From the IMG/VR virus record IMGVR_UViG_3300021468_000003, positions 1 to 62,457 of that record: a stretch of DNA of 62,457 bases. One strand, written 5' to 3'. Position numbers and translations under genes: made by a program. Positions within the stretch are counted from its first letter, which is position 1; every line of letters starts with the position of its first letter. Below are positions 17,753 to 28,309 of this stretch, piece after piece. This stretch comes from a virus. Taxonomy: Duplodnaviria > Caudoviricetes. The notes under the pieces were generated by a model that saw only the letters and a program-made list of their open reading frames with translations, was not told where the DNA came from and ran no database searches.

Positions 17753-18137
17753 TGATAGTTACCTCTTCGTCTAGGTAAGGCCAGCACTCAAAAGTTATCG
17801 TGTAAGTGCCTACTGTGTCCGCTGTGAATACCAGCTCTCCATCGTCTATGGTTAAAGATTCCCCCTCGCAGGTTGCTGTAGCTCCAGACGGAATGTTGGT
17901 TATGGTTGCCTCGTCTGTGCCATCGGCAGTGATAGTTGTTTTATCTACGCTGAGGTCCATTGATGGTCTAGGCTCCACAGCTCCACTAACAATATAATAA
18001 AGAGCATCCGAATAATGTCCGAGGATGACTTCTGTATTGGTATTTTGTGTTAACTCATATTCCATTGCGCCCTTTGAACAAGTGGCAATTTTCAATATCT
18101 CTCCTGTTGTTTTATCATAAAAAGTATAGTCTGGCAT
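17742..18137 (-). CDS. Tail-associated protein with Ig-like C-terminus
   Basis: YDKTTGEIL; KTTITADGTDEATIT; follows the tail tip gene. Confidence 0.65.
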   Translation of the reverse strand: MPDYTFYDKTTGEILKIATCSKGAMEYELTQNTNTEVILGHYSDALYYIVSGAVEPRPSMDLSVDKTTITADGTDEATITNIPSGATATCEGESLTIDDGELVFTADTVGTYTITFECWPYLDEEVTINAT

Positions 18138-18139
18138 AA

Positions 18140-21100
18140 TTACCTCAAGTATGTTTGCACAAGCAATCCCCGCTCACGTACCTTAGTAGGCAAGCCATTA
18201 TCGGGTTTTACTTTAACATAATAAGTTTGTGTTCCACTACTAGCTCCTGTGAAGCTAACGCAAATAGCCATATTATCTACATATGTATATGTAGAACTCC
18301 ACTTTAAAGAACTTCCTTCGTAAATCCTAAAAAACCCTGGAATTCCACTCACTTTACTGCTGAAGACTATATGAACTTCACCTCCTTTTGGTTGTACACT
18401 AACACTTTGCACAGTTGTCCATGAACCTGTAGGGCAGTCTATTTGTCCATGAGTATAAGCCCCAGACACAACTGTTATGTTGTCTTCTTTAACATGTAAA
18501 GTACCTATAGTGGCATCATCTATCTGAGCGCTTTCAGTAATAAGAGCCTCAGTTTGAATCAGTTGCGTAGCCGTTATTGTACCTGTATATATGTTACCAC
18601 CATCTATCTTCGTGATATCGCTAGAGTGTCCCCATCCGGCACTTAGTGAGTCGATCTTTCTTAAATACAGATTGTCAAATCCTGCGTGTCCACTTGATCC
18701 AGAGCCTTGCACGAAAAACCCAATGAATTTAGTTCCAGAAGGGATTGTATAAGTACCACTTAAGGAAGTCCACCCTGTAGAAGTTGTCTGTACTGTATAG
18801 GAGGTTATATAACTCTTATTTTTGTTAAAACGGGCTAGTCCTAAGCGGGCAGTACATCCTGAAGCAAAAGCGTCTCCACCAAACTCAAAAACGTCCCCTT
18901 CATTAACCTCAAAATAATGACGTGTTTCTGATGTTGGTCCCTCAGCATTATATGACGTCTTAGTAGATCCAGAAAGCAATAGTCTAAGGTAACGATTGCT
19001 CCCACTACCTCCCGACGTTATGACACTGGCTGCTGACTTATTTGTCCACCAGTCAGGGTCAGTGCTATCCTCAAGTCCTGGATTCACAAGTAAGTTTGCT
19101 AAAGGCAAAACCCCTGGAGTGTAATCATCTAAGTTGGAAGCACCACTACCACCTGTAATGTTGACTTCGCCTTCAATTTCAAGCGTGGTGCCGTTCCAAC
19201 TAAGCTTAGGATCGCTAGAACCTCCTAAGTAGAAGGTTCCGTCTCCGAGGTAGAATTTTGACCCTGCTGAAGAGCCCCAGTTTCCACTCTGCAAAGTCCC
19301 TGCTGTTATAACTCCAGCATTAGGATTGATGTCAGATAATTTAGTTACATCTATCTTGCTGGCAGTTACAGCTCCTGCATCAAGTTTTTCTGTAGTCACA
19401 GCTAACGCATCTAACTTGTCTGTTGTGACTGCACCAGATTGTATTTTTTCTGCTGTGACAGCATTAGCGTCTATTTTGTCTGCTGTAACGGCTCCTGCTG
19501 CTATTTTCTGAGAAGTCACAGCATTTGCATCGATCTTGTCGGCAATGACTGCTCCAGCAGCTATCTTGCCAGAAGTTATAGCTCCGGCTGCTATCTTAGG
19601 ACTCTCGATAGCTCCATCGCTTATCTTAGTTGTTGTAATTGCGCCGGTTGCAACCTTGACTTCGGTGACCGCATTGTCTACCAGTTTTTGAGATGTTATA
19701 AGTTCATCTTCTAAATCATCAGTATCGACCCTCAGTAACTTTCCACTTACTACATTCGAGAATTCACTCACATTTCCACTATTATCGACAGACTTAGCCC
19801 AATAATAGTAAGTATTCCTATCCCCTGGGGTGTAAACAAATCTCGTTGTAGAGGTAGAGCCAATCTTTGTAGCAGTTGATGAATTATTTGTTGAGTTTTT
19901 GTATATGTCAAAATGATCTAAGTCATATTCTCCTCCGTGGGAAATGTTTATTCTGATAGCTGAGAAAAATTCAGTGAGAGTGATGCTAGGGGCTGAAGGG
20001 GCTGTAGAATCTTTAGCTGAGGTTATAGTAACCATTGTGGTCCAATTAGTAGCATTTCCACCTCTATCTACCGCTCGTACATACACTCCGTATTCTGTGT
20101 TTGGCTTCACTTCCCACAGGTAGCTTGTCTCAAACGTGGAGTAGTGAGAGGTGTAGCCAGACCCAGAAGGCTCCTTTACCAAGCGCACATCATAGTGATG
20201 AAAGTCGTCAGAGTTTTCAGCGTTGTTATTCCACTCAGCCCGCACGAAGACGTGGTCAGTACCATCGTCCGCAATTTCGCTGAACGTGCTGAGACTCAGT
20301 CCTGTAGGTTGCTGTAGTGAGCAAGATGATGTGTCAATGTCTACGTCGTCATAAGCTGCATTTTCGCTGTAAACTCCAGCCCTGTCAACAGCCTTTATCC
20401 AGAATCTTATCGTGTCATTTGTCGTGTCCTCAACGTACCAGCTTGCTGTAGTGCCTGTTGCATGTTCAATGATGACTGTAGCACTGTCCCAGTCAGTTCC
20501 ACCTTTCCTTATCTCATAATGATCCAGGTCTATGTCGTCTATGGCTGTCCAAGTGAACTTGACATTGCGGGTTACCGAGTCGAAGACTCCGCTGAACGAA
20601 GTAACATCTGATGGTGGTGCGTATTCGCCTTGGATTGTGATAGTGGCTGTGTTGCCTGTAAGCTCTTTCGGCCCCTGTCCAAGCTGTACAACATACACCT
20701 TATACTGGTGATCCAATGTGAGATATTGTGGGCCGATGACAAAGTGCATCGTGTCAGCCTGTCCTACAAACACTGGATCGTCTCCGCTGGTCAAGTCCTC
20801 AAGCCAAATGTGCCAGCTATAATGCTCAATCGAAATTGATGGGTGCCAGGTAACGGCCAGGTTACTTGCATAAGTCCCATCAGGACTGAAACTGAGGAAC
20901 TCATGAAGGTAGACTTTCGTAGCCTCTTGGTAGTCAACATCCCAAGTAGGCGCTTCAAAGACGTAGCCCGTATCCGTGTAAATGTCTTCAATGTACTCAA
21001 CGCAGGTTATCTTCTTGTCTAAATCTGCTCCTCTCGAAATGTTGACAACTGTGTAAGGCTTCCGATAGCTGTCTTGCTCCCCAAAAGCATACCTCTCATA

Positions 21101-23782
21101 CTGCTCCGGTGTGGATGACCAGGAAGAGGAAACTGTCAACTTCGAGAGCCATTCTACAGGCTCTTCTCCCTCCACTACCTGGATTCTAGTAATTAAAAAC
21201 TCAGATAATGAAGATGTAGAACTAGCCAATATCACTTCTAATTTCATCTTTACGGCGTTACTAGGAGAGGTAAACGTATGATCTTGGTGTTCCCAATCAC
21301 TAGAATCCACATTAAATACTTTAAAACTAGATCCTACCAACACATCCGAGGCGTCATAGAAATAGAGGTTAAACTTCGCTATTCCGTCTTCTCCAGACAC
21401 CAATTTTGTCCAAACATTTAAATTATAGGATGTAGAAGCTAATATAGAAACATAGTCAGTAGTTATGAGCTTACAATAGTCTGTATTGGTGCCTTTAACC
21501 TTATATGTGTGAGCATCCTCTCGCCACCACGGATTATCTCCTCCACTTTCATCCTGGCTGGTAGCATAGACTTCCCTTGTGGTCGGAGATCCTACATCTG
21601 TTCTTGTCCATCCGTCAGGAGTCTGGGTTCCTACGCTGTCACGCTCAAAATTACCATTGACTATGAGGTTATTCTTGTAATCCAGTTGCGTAACCGTCTT
21701 CTCTTCGATAGAGTCATCATTATGGAGAACGGCTATGACATTTGTGCTTCCAAGCACAGGCACTACATCATGGTCAACTGTAACTGTGGTGGATGTTGCC
21801 TCCACTACCCTTCCGCCATGTCCATACTTGGGAACATCATGCTGGATGTAGATTCTGTCTCCGACTTGGCAGGCGAGCGCCTGGATGTCAACCTCAAACT
21901 CGCAGGTGCGCACAAGCCACTTAGTGCTGTTGAGATGGAAAGCTGCTTCTCTTATAGCTTGGGTTCTCCTCGTGCAGCCAATAAGCCTCATGCTCTGCTT
22001 GTTGTCAGGCTCATCAGCGTCGTTGTAGTCGTCCGTGTAGACGGCTACTGTTTGCCTCGTGTAACCTCTGTCCTCGTCAATGTAGGTGACTTCGATGGCG
22101 TTGGCTCGATCTTTCTTCTGCAGGAAGGTTTCCTTGAAAGTGCCTGCTTTGATATCTGCCATTGTGAACATCTGCACTGGGGTGGAGGGCTTGTCTACGA
22201 TGACGCTGTACTGAGTGCCTTTGCGGACAGGAACCGCCCTTCCCGCTTTGCATATCGTGAGCAACGCTTCCCAAAGCGTCATCTGGGAGTCGATGTAAAT
22301 ATTGAGCTCAAAGCGAGTCTCCCCTTGGACAGTTTCATCGCAGTAGGACGCCCACGCCTCAAACGCATCATAGTCAATGCGGGTGTGATCTATCCCTCCC
22401 CCGTAAGTCTCGTTGACGAGGAGATCGTAAGCTGCCCAAGCTGGGTTCGATGCGCTTCTGCTCTCCCATGAGGACGTGGAGGGGTTATAGACCTGGACTG
22501 TTGACCTGGTTGCCTTGACTGTGAACGTTGGTTCCGCCCCGCTCAACTGATCCGTAGCGAGGGCCCGCACAGCATACTTTGCTATGCCTGGGTAGATGAG
22601 GGAACGCTTGATAATCTCCGTCATCGCCGTCCAGTAAATAGCTGTCCTCTCCCTTGCTGAGCTTGACTCGGTGTTCGTCCGCTGCACCCTCACTTCGTAC
22701 TGATCTGCAGATGGGGTGTCAAAAGTAACTGTCCGTGACAACCGCTTCGTCGTAGCTCCGCTTATTGTGTAGGAGCCTTGCGTAGTCCAGGTTGACGTGC
22801 CTTTGACTCGATATTGCACTTGAAACGAAGCTGAGCGACTGTCCAGCCCTCCTTGGTCATTTGCGTAGTAGCATCCGTAGGGGGCTATAATGTGCAGCTT
22901 GATCTTTTCAACCGCATTTCCATCTGTCTCGTAGGTGACAGGGGAGCCGTAGTTTAGCTTTGTGCCAAACGTCTGCTGCGTGGCCACTTCATTGAAGCCT
23001 GGAATGACGCTGTCGCTGTTGGTACCCAGCCTGGTGTAGCTAGTGACCCCGTGATAGTAGCTTTCTGGTTGTCCATTTATCTCAATATCGGTCAGCGAGT
23101 CAACTTCATGTCCAGCCACAGCCACAAGCACATTGAGGTACTGCTTGTCGCCGTCTACATCTACGACTTTGGAGATGATTTGGCCTGCGATTCGCATTGT
23201 GCCGTAGAGGACGGGGATGGGGTTGCCTTGGGTGTTGAGGTTGCGAAGGACGTTCCATGAGTATGTAGGGGACTCGTTCCAAGCATCATGGCCTATCCTT
23301 GGGATGTCTGGTTTAGGGGCTGGAGCAATGGCGTTAATTATCATAGCCCCCATGACCCCGATTAGCCCTTTCATTACCATAGTAGCAGCTGTAGCTCCTA
23401 TGGCACTGGTAAGTCCTATAGCTCCAGCTAACGGGGCAGCTGCTATGTGAGCTATAAACGCAACTGCAAGCATCCCTACAAGGCGAAGTATCTTTTTCCC
23501 GCCTCCCCCGCCTGCAACCAGTGGGCATACGGCAATGAAGTCTCCAGGATAAACCTCAACATCGCTCCAGTCCCTCACAACTCTGCCATTCACTGACGCT
23601 ACAAGCTCTACATCAGCTAAAACTGGCAAGTACCCAGTGTAGTAGTCTATCCCCTTCCCTGGTTGCCAGTCTTTCCTTAGGATAGTCCTATCATAAGGCT
23701 TGAACGGATTCAAGATGGTGACGACTGTCACAGGCTCAGCCGTGGCCTTGAGCTTATCTATCGGAACCAGAGCATTTTGCAT
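18140..23782 (-). CDS. Tail tip / central fibre protein (lambda gpI+gpJ-like) with FN3, CBM-like domains and 10-aa repeats
   Basis: PIPVLYG, YPGIA, QVGDRI gpJ motifs; NLIVNGNFE and NLLVNPGLE CBM-like starts; GAVTxxKI repeats. Confidence 0.9.
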   Translation of the reverse strand: MQNALVPIDKLKATAEPVTVVTILNPFKPYDRTILRKDWQPGKGIDYYTGYLPVLADVELVASVNGRVVRDWSDVEVYPGDFIAVCPLVAGGGGGKKILRLVGMLAVAFIAHIAAAPLAGAIGLTSAIGATAATMVMKGLIGVMGAMIINAIAPAPKPDIPRIGHDAWNESPTYSWNVLRNLNTQGNPIPVLYGTMRIAGQIISKVVDVDGDKQYLNVLVAVAGHEVDSLTDIEINGQPESYYHGVTSYTRLGTNSDSVIPGFNEVATQQTFGTKLNYGSPVTYETDGNAVEKIKLHIIAPYGCYYANDQGGLDSRSASFQVQYRVKGTSTWTTQGSYTISGATTKRLSRTVTFDTPSADQYEVRVQRTNTESSSARERTAIYWTAMTEIIKRSLIYPGIAKYAVRALATDQLSGAEPTFTVKATRSTVQVYNPSTSSWESRSASNPAWAAYDLLVNETYGGGIDHTRIDYDAFEAWASYCDETVQGETRFELNIYIDSQMTLWEALLTICKAGRAVPVRKGTQYSVIVDKPSTPVQMFTMADIKAGTFKETFLQKKDRANAIEVTYIDEDRGYTRQTVAVYTDDYNDADEPDNKQSMRLIGCTRRTQAIREAAFHLNSTKWLVRTCEFEVDIQALACQVGDRIYIQHDVPKYGHGGRVVEATSTTVTVDHDVVPVLGSTNVIAVLHNDDSIEEKTVTQLDYKNNLIVNGNFERDSVGTQTPDGWTRTDVGSPTTREVYATSQDESGGDNPWWREDAHTYKVKGTNTDYCKLITTDYVSILASTSYNLNVWTKLVSGEDGIAKFNLYFYDASDVLVGSSFKVFNVDSSDWEHQDHTFTSPSNAVKMKLEVILASSTSSLSEFLITRIQVVEGEEPVEWLSKLTVSSSWSSTPEQYERYAFGEQDSYRKPYTVVNISRGADLDKKITCVEYIEDIYTDTGYVFEAPTWDVDYQEATKVYLHEFLSFSPDGTYASNLAVTWHPSISIEHYSWHIWLEDLTSGDDPVFVGQADTMHFVIGPQYLTLDHQYKVYVVQLGQGPKELTGNTATITIQGEYAPPSDVTSFSGVFDSVTRNVKFTWTAIDDIDLDHYEIRKGGTDWDSATVIIEHATGTTASWYVEDTTNDTIRFWIKAVDRAGVYSENAAYDDVDIDTSSCSLQQPTGLSLSTFSEIADDGTDHVFVRAEWNNNAENSDDFHHYDVRLVKEPSGSGYTSHYSTFETSYLWEVKPNTEYGVYVRAVDRGGNATNWTTMVTITSAKDSTAPSAPSITLTEFFSAIRINISHGGEYDLDHFDIYKNSTNNSSTATKIGSTSTTRFVYTPGDRNTYYYWAKSVDNSGNVSEFSNVVSGKLLRVDTDDLEDELITSQKLVDNAVTEVKVATGAITTTKISDGAIESPKIAAGAITSGKIAAGAVIADKIDANAVTSQKIAAGAVTADKIDANAVTAEKIQSGAVTTDKLDALAVTTEKLDAGAVTASKIDVTKLSDINPNAGVITAGTLQSGNWGSSAGSKFYLGDGTFYLGGSSDPKLSWNGTTLEIEGEVNITGGSGASNLDDYTPGVLPLANLLVNPGLEDSTDPDWWTNKSAASVITSGGSGSNRYLRLLLSGSTKTSYNAEGPTSETRHYFEVNEGDVFEFGGDAFASGCTARLGLARFNKNKSYITSYTVQTTSTGWTSLSGTYTIPSGTKFIGFFVQGSGSSGHAGFDNLYLRKIDSLSAGWGHSSDITKIDGGNIYTGTITATQLIQTEALITESAQIDDATIGTLHVKEDNITVVSGAYTHGQIDCPTGSWTTVQSVSVQPKGGEVHIVFSSKVSGIPGFFRIYEGSSLKWSSTYTYVDNMAICVSFTGASSGTQTYYVKVKPDNGLPTKVRERGLLVQTYLR

Positions 23783-24179
23783 ATTTGAAAAAGCCTACTA
23801 TCTTCCTTCGCCACAACGGACTGTTTACTTCGCTTATAATTGCGTTTGTTTTTTCCAACGTGTGGATGAACTTGCCTTCGCCTACATAGACTCCGCAGTG
23901 GTTCACAAACTTTGGGTGGTTACGAATAACTACGAGGCATGGAGCCTCTGGCTCTTTCAACTCCACCCACTCCTCATCCCCACCATTCCTAGCTGCTGCA
24001 ACATGCTTGCTTATCTCCTCCCCAACTCTAGCACATTCAAAAGCTCCGATGTTGTAGTCAGGCAGCTCAACCCCGAATCTTCGGAACACCTCTCTGGTGA
24101 GGCCCCAACAATCATACTCTTCAGGCCCCCGTCCACCATCTACAAACTTAGCCCCTATGAGGTCATGGAGTCTTTGCAT
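23754..24179 (-). CDS. NlpC/P60 tail assembly protein (gpK-like)
   Basis: GRGPEEYDCWGL...NHCGVYVGEGKFIH. Confidence 0.9.
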   Translation of the reverse strand: MQRLHDLIGAKFVDGGRGPEEYDCWGLTREVFRRFGVELPDYNIGAFECARVGEEISKHVAAARNGGDEEWVELKEPEAPCLVVIRNHPKFVNHCGVYVGEGKFIHTLEKTNAIISEVNSPLWRRKIVGFFKYAKCSGSDR

Positions 24180-24783
24180 AGACACCTCCCGTTGGAATGC
24201 CAGGAAACCCGCCGAACCGATGCTCATTTCCCAGCTCCATGCACCTCTCAAAAGTCCGATCGCACTCCGTCTCATCTCCTTCATACCCACAAAGCGCACC
24301 CTTAAACTCTTTGTATCTGCAATGGTCTTTGAGAAATCTTTGGCGTGGACAACGGGTCAACAACGGATTCTCCGCCCCAAGTGTAAACCTCACCCACATC
24401 TGGTCAACTGAGCAACCTATGACCTCGAACGTTTCCTCAAACTCTGGATCGCTCAAGTCAAGGTGATCGCTGTGAACTACTCTGATGGTGACCGAAGCTC
24501 CGAGTCCACCCTGAGAGTCGTCGAGGTACTGTTGGAGAACTCTTGTGACATTCCCAACTCTTATCGTAACATTCGGAAGCTGCCCTTTTGCGTCCTCTTG
24601 GACATCGTCAATGTCAAAGGGAAACGCATACCACGTCTCCCCATTCCACTCAATATCTTCTGTGTTCCTTACTAGCCTGATGGGGTCGACTCCCTCGAAG
24701 TTGATCTCCAGCAACACAAGGAAAGCCCCAGTACTGTCCAGCTTGTTTTTCTCCAGTATGGCTGCACTAGACAATGTCAACAT
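24163..24783 (-). CDS. Minor tail protein (gpL-like)
   Basis: C...C.Y.G...CD.T...C...N..RFGGFPGI. Confidence 0.88.
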   Translation of the reverse strand: MLTLSSAAILEKNKLDSTGAFLVLLEINFEGVDPIRLVRNTEDIEWNGETWYAFPFDIDDVQEDAKGQLPNVTIRVGNVTRVLQQYLDDSQGGLGASVTIRVVHSDHLDLSDPEFEETFEVIGCSVDQMWVRFTLGAENPLLTRCPRQRFLKDHCRYKEFKGALCGYEGDETECDRTFERCMELGNEHRFGGFPGIPTGGVYAKTP

Positions 24784-25125
24784 CTATACTTCCTCCAACT
24801 CACAAGACATTTCCCAGTACCTATTTTTCTTGACTAGGGCCGGCCTCTTCACAAACCTCACTATCTTTGTGTCTCCACTGACGGGGTGCTCCCAGTTGAA
24901 CTTTCCCGTTGTTCCTTGCGTACTTATAAAGGAGGACATCGTCGTAAAATCAGCATCTGTCAACCCTTTATAGACGACGCCCCACTTCTTCGGGTCTTTC
25001 GTGAACCTCCTCCTCGTAATCACGTACCCAGCGTCTGTGGGCGTCCGCAGGTCTGCAACCCCCAGTCCTTCTTCCTTAAACGGGTACGCAAGGACTCCAC
25101 TCGACAATGTAGGAAAGTCTGCCAT
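24784..25125 (-). CDS. Distal tail protein (gpM-like)
   Basis: Position after tape measure; FNWEHP...VRF. Confidence 0.75.
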   Translation of the reverse strand: MADFPTLSSGVLAYPFKEEGLGVADLRTPTDAGYVITRRRFTKDPKKWGVVYKGLTDADFTTMSSFISTQGTTGKFNWEHPVSGDTKIVRFVKRPALVKKNRYWEMSCELEEV

Positions 25126-27272
25126 TATACTCCTCCACCTTTCAACGCCTGGCTGTAAGGCCCGTGTGAGATAAGGTCTTCCATCATGATGTCTATAACC
25201 ATGCCTCTGACGTCTAGGCGAACCTGGGCCTCAGCATTTTTCTCTGTGCCCTTATTTTCGATGTTAACGATTACATTCCCTGGTTCCGCAGTACCTCCAA
25301 GAGGAACAACTGCCTCTGGGCCGGCCTCTCCCATGATGTAGCCTCTGCCGCTCCTTTGCCCAACTCCAACGACTGGCTCATTGATGACCCCTCCTGAGGC
25401 GAAGTGATAAGTCCACTCTCCTGTACCCGCTGTTGGGGTGAAGCTCTCCCCTCCACCGGCCCCACCTCCAGAGAAAATCTTGCCAAAGATGCCTCCGAAG
25501 ATCCCTTCTTCCCAACTTTCCCCAGCAATCACCTTCATCAGCCCACTAGCAAGGAGGCGAGCAAACATTCTTTGGATGGCGTCCGTGAAGTTATCAACCA
25601 TGTCCCCGAACTTCAGGTTCATTGCGTCAAAAAAGAAGTCCTCAAAGGCCCTCTCCATATTCTGCGCAATGTCTTTCGCCATCTCCTCCATCATCTTCCC
25701 CGTCTTGTTGAGCTCCTCTGCGAGCTTGTTCAACTTGAGCTTGTTCAGCTGCTCTGCGAGCTTCGCCTGCTCTTCTGTATACTCCCCAAGGGTGGCTTTG
25801 CGGAGAACATCGAGGTCATATAAGTCTTTTTGGACAGCAAGTTGCTCTTCCGTATTTTTTGTAACTTTCGCAATCTCTAACTTCAACTTCAGCGTTGTCT
25901 CAAGCCTATCATACTCCTCCCTCGCAGCCTCTGCAATTTGTTGGTGTTGCCGCTTGATGATGGCTACCATGTCAAGAGCATGTTCTTTCTTCTTTTTATC
26001 AGCGTCACTCGCTAGGCTAACTATTGACTTAAGCCTCCACTTCCCAAGCTCGGTTTTTGTGTAGTCTTCTGGAGTCTTGCCTATCGTGATCTGTCTCATC
26101 CCAGGCAACTCCTCTGCGCCTGGAACTGTTATTCCTCTCAGCCCTCCCTTCAACGAGGCAAGGTCTTTCAAGTCTTGCTCGCTGACTCCATAAATCTTCG
26201 CAAGCTGTCTCCTCAAGTTTTCCTTGGTAGGTTTTGCCCAGGGTAGGAGCTCACCCTGGCTGCTCCGTAGCATTGCTCCACTTGGGAGTTTTGATGGAAG
26301 TGTTAGGATTGCCTTGGTGATGGCAAGCATGTTCTCAGCTATGGAGGCCCACGTATGAGCTAGTTTTTGGAACTCAGGAGAAGAGAGGAACCTGGTGAGA
26401 TCTGTGAGAGCGAGCTTTAGGTTATTGAAGAACGACTCAAATGACTGGCCGAGGGTCTGTTCGAAGACTTGTTTGAGGTTTGTGAGGACTCCGCCCCATG
26501 TTCTCTTTATATCTTCTGACGACTCCTGGAAGGCCCTAAGTCTAGACATGATGTAAGCGAAAAGCTCATCAGCTTTCCCCTGGAGGTTCTTGATGACTGT
26601 CTTATCCATTCCCAACGCAGTCGCAATAAGCGTATTTTTTGCTGTAATCGTCCCCTTAAGCATGGCCCGCATTTCCTCAGCCATCATGTTCAGCGGAATC
26701 CCCATTGAAGTTGCTGCTTGAGACATCGCAACTACGAACTCTTTTACTTGACGAATGGAGAAACCTTCAGCAAGTGCGTGTGGAAGGGCTTGCTGGAACA
26801 TTGTTACTAACTGTTGGTAAGTAGCGGCGGTTTCCTTGTTTGCTTTTAACAACTCCTTTGAGACGCTTATTGCAATCTCCTGTGCAGCGTTTAGCTTCTC
26901 CCTGCCCTCAAGCTCCCTCCCAGTAGCATCAATGATCTCTGTCTGAGCTGCAATAACTGCCCCGATTCCTACCTTCGCCTGCTCCAGGGTCTTGTTGAAC
27001 TCAATTCCTGTTTTGACAAGGGCCTCAATTCCCCTTATCATCTGTCTAGCTGCCCAGACACCAGCAATCGCTGTGAGCGTTCTCTGCAGCCTTCCCAACG
27101 TCTTATGCACAGCATCCATGGATCGGTTGAGGCTTTTTGACGATGCTTCCATCTGCTTAAGGGAGCGAGTGCCCTTGTGTCCAAGGGTGTCTAGCATCTT
27201 CCCAAGTTGGGTGACGCTGACTTCTGCGTTTTTCCCATCAACTATGAGTTTGAACTTTATGTCTTTTGCCAT
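25125..27272 (-). CDS. Tape measure protein
   Basis: 715-aa helical protein; C-terminal FASGG...GEAGPEAVVPL. Confidence 0.9.
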   Translation of the reverse strand: MAKDIKFKLIVDGKNAEVSVTQLGKMLDTLGHKGTRSLKQMEASSKSLNRSMDAVHKTLGRLQRTLTAIAGVWAARQMIRGIEALVKTGIEFNKTLEQAKVGIGAVIAAQTEIIDATGRELEGREKLNAAQEIAISVSKELLKANKETAATYQQLVTMFQQALPHALAEGFSIRQVKEFVVAMSQAATSMGIPLNMMAEEMRAMLKGTITAKNTLIATALGMDKTVIKNLQGKADELFAYIMSRLRAFQESSEDIKRTWGGVLTNLKQVFEQTLGQSFESFFNNLKLALTDLTRFLSSPEFQKLAHTWASIAENMLAITKAILTLPSKLPSGAMLRSSQGELLPWAKPTKENLRRQLAKIYGVSEQDLKDLASLKGGLRGITVPGAEELPGMRQITIGKTPEDYTKTELGKWRLKSIVSLASDADKKKKEHALDMVAIIKRQHQQIAEAAREEYDRLETTLKLKLEIAKVTKNTEEQLAVQKDLYDLDVLRKATLGEYTEEQAKLAEQLNKLKLNKLAEELNKTGKMMEEMAKDIAQNMERAFEDFFFDAMNLKFGDMVDNFTDAIQRMFARLLASGLMKVIAGESWEEGIFGGIFGKIFSGGGAGGGESFTPTAGTGEWTYHFASGGVINEPVVGVGQRSGRGYIMGEAGPEAVVPLGGTAEPGNVIVNIENKGTEKNAEAQVRLDVRGMVIDIMMEDLISHGPYSQALKGGGV

Positions 27273-27887
27273 CTATCTCACCGATCAAGTATGTTACTTT
27301 CTGGAGAACCTCAAGCTCGTCTTCGACCTCGAGAAGCCTCGCAACCTCTAGGATGCCCTGCGTCGAGGGCCCCATTGGGTCCGGCCCAAGGGTTTGCAAC
27401 ACTTCCCAAGCCTCAACGTTCGCTTGTCTGATGCCTGGCCAACACTTCTCGCAAGGCGTAGGTTTTCCTCTCTCAGCGAAAAACTCCCTACATTTCGGGC
27501 ACCAGAACTTAGTCTCACGCTTCTCCCTTATCCACCTTGCGAGCTCTTGGAGTTTTTTAGGTCTTCTTCAAACTCCTTCTCGTACTTTTCCTTAAGCATC
27601 CCTGCTTTCTCACTTATAAACTCCCGAAGGGGGTCGTTGTCGAAGATAGCTTCTCGCACGTCCCCATCAGCTTCGATCCCCTCGAAGTCTTCAAGCGTGT
27701 AATTGAAGATCTCGAACGCAATCGCCGCTTCATCGTAGTCATCGACAACCCTGTCTCCAACGACTACCTTCTTCCTGTACTTATTCATGATCTTTGCGAC
27801 TTGCGAGTGGTAGATAGGGCGGACTTTCACTCGCACACCGTCGCAAACATCAAACCAGACTCCCTCTTTATACCTCTTTAGCTTCAT
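27238..27887 (-). CDS. Tail assembly chaperone G (27528-27887) plus -1 frameshift extension GT (to 27238)
   Basis: A-AAA-AAC slippery heptamer at 27558-27552; the -1 frame is open for about 104 codons (CPKC...CEKC) up to the tape measure start. Confidence 0.8.
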
Positions 27888-27895
27888 GTCTCCTC

Positions 27896-28309
27896 CTATT
27901 CAAGGACTAGCGGCCCAAATCCAAGGATTGAGTAGGTGACGCTTGCTACTCCTGCCTTGTCATGTTTGATGCTGACAACGTTTATGTAGCATCCTGCGTC
28001 AGGGTCACTATCAGTATCTGGTGTCCAATAGGAGTTTTGGTCAATGTAGAACTTTATATCCGTAATTTTTGTTGCTGAGAGGGCTTTGCTCTGGAGCTCC
28101 GCTTGTCCATTCGTGTCTGCGGGGTCATAATGCCCTTCAGCACTGCCCGTCCACCGCTGGAACCCAGGCATACTCTTTCCCCACACACTTCCAAAAGCCG
28201 TAACATCAATCTCGTCCATGTTGATGTCTATCGACCAGTTTGTCAGGTTCGCAACCAAGTTGGTTCCGAGTTTAACTGAGGCATATCGCCCCATCAATGG
28301 ATCACCCAT
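27896..28309 (-). CDS. Major tail (tube) protein
   Basis: NWSIDINMDEIDVTAFGS...WTGSAEG; position before the chaperone. Confidence 0.8.
   Translation of the reverse strand: MGDPLMGRYASVKLGTNLVANLTNWSIDINMDEIDVTAFGSVWGKSMPGFQRWTGSAEGHYDPADTNGQAELQSKALSATKITDIKFYIDQNSYWTPDTDSDPDAGCYINVVSIKHDKAGVASVTYSILGFGPLVLE

Noticed and set aside
21509-22471. Long antisense ORFs (e.g. 299-1006, 21509-22471, 35279-36016, 45686-46498)
   Set aside because: Shadows of well-supported genes on the opposite strand; no motifs or RBS
13484-23782. Diversity-generating retroelement acting on fibre genes
   Set aside because: No reverse transcriptase and no TR/VR repeat pair seen
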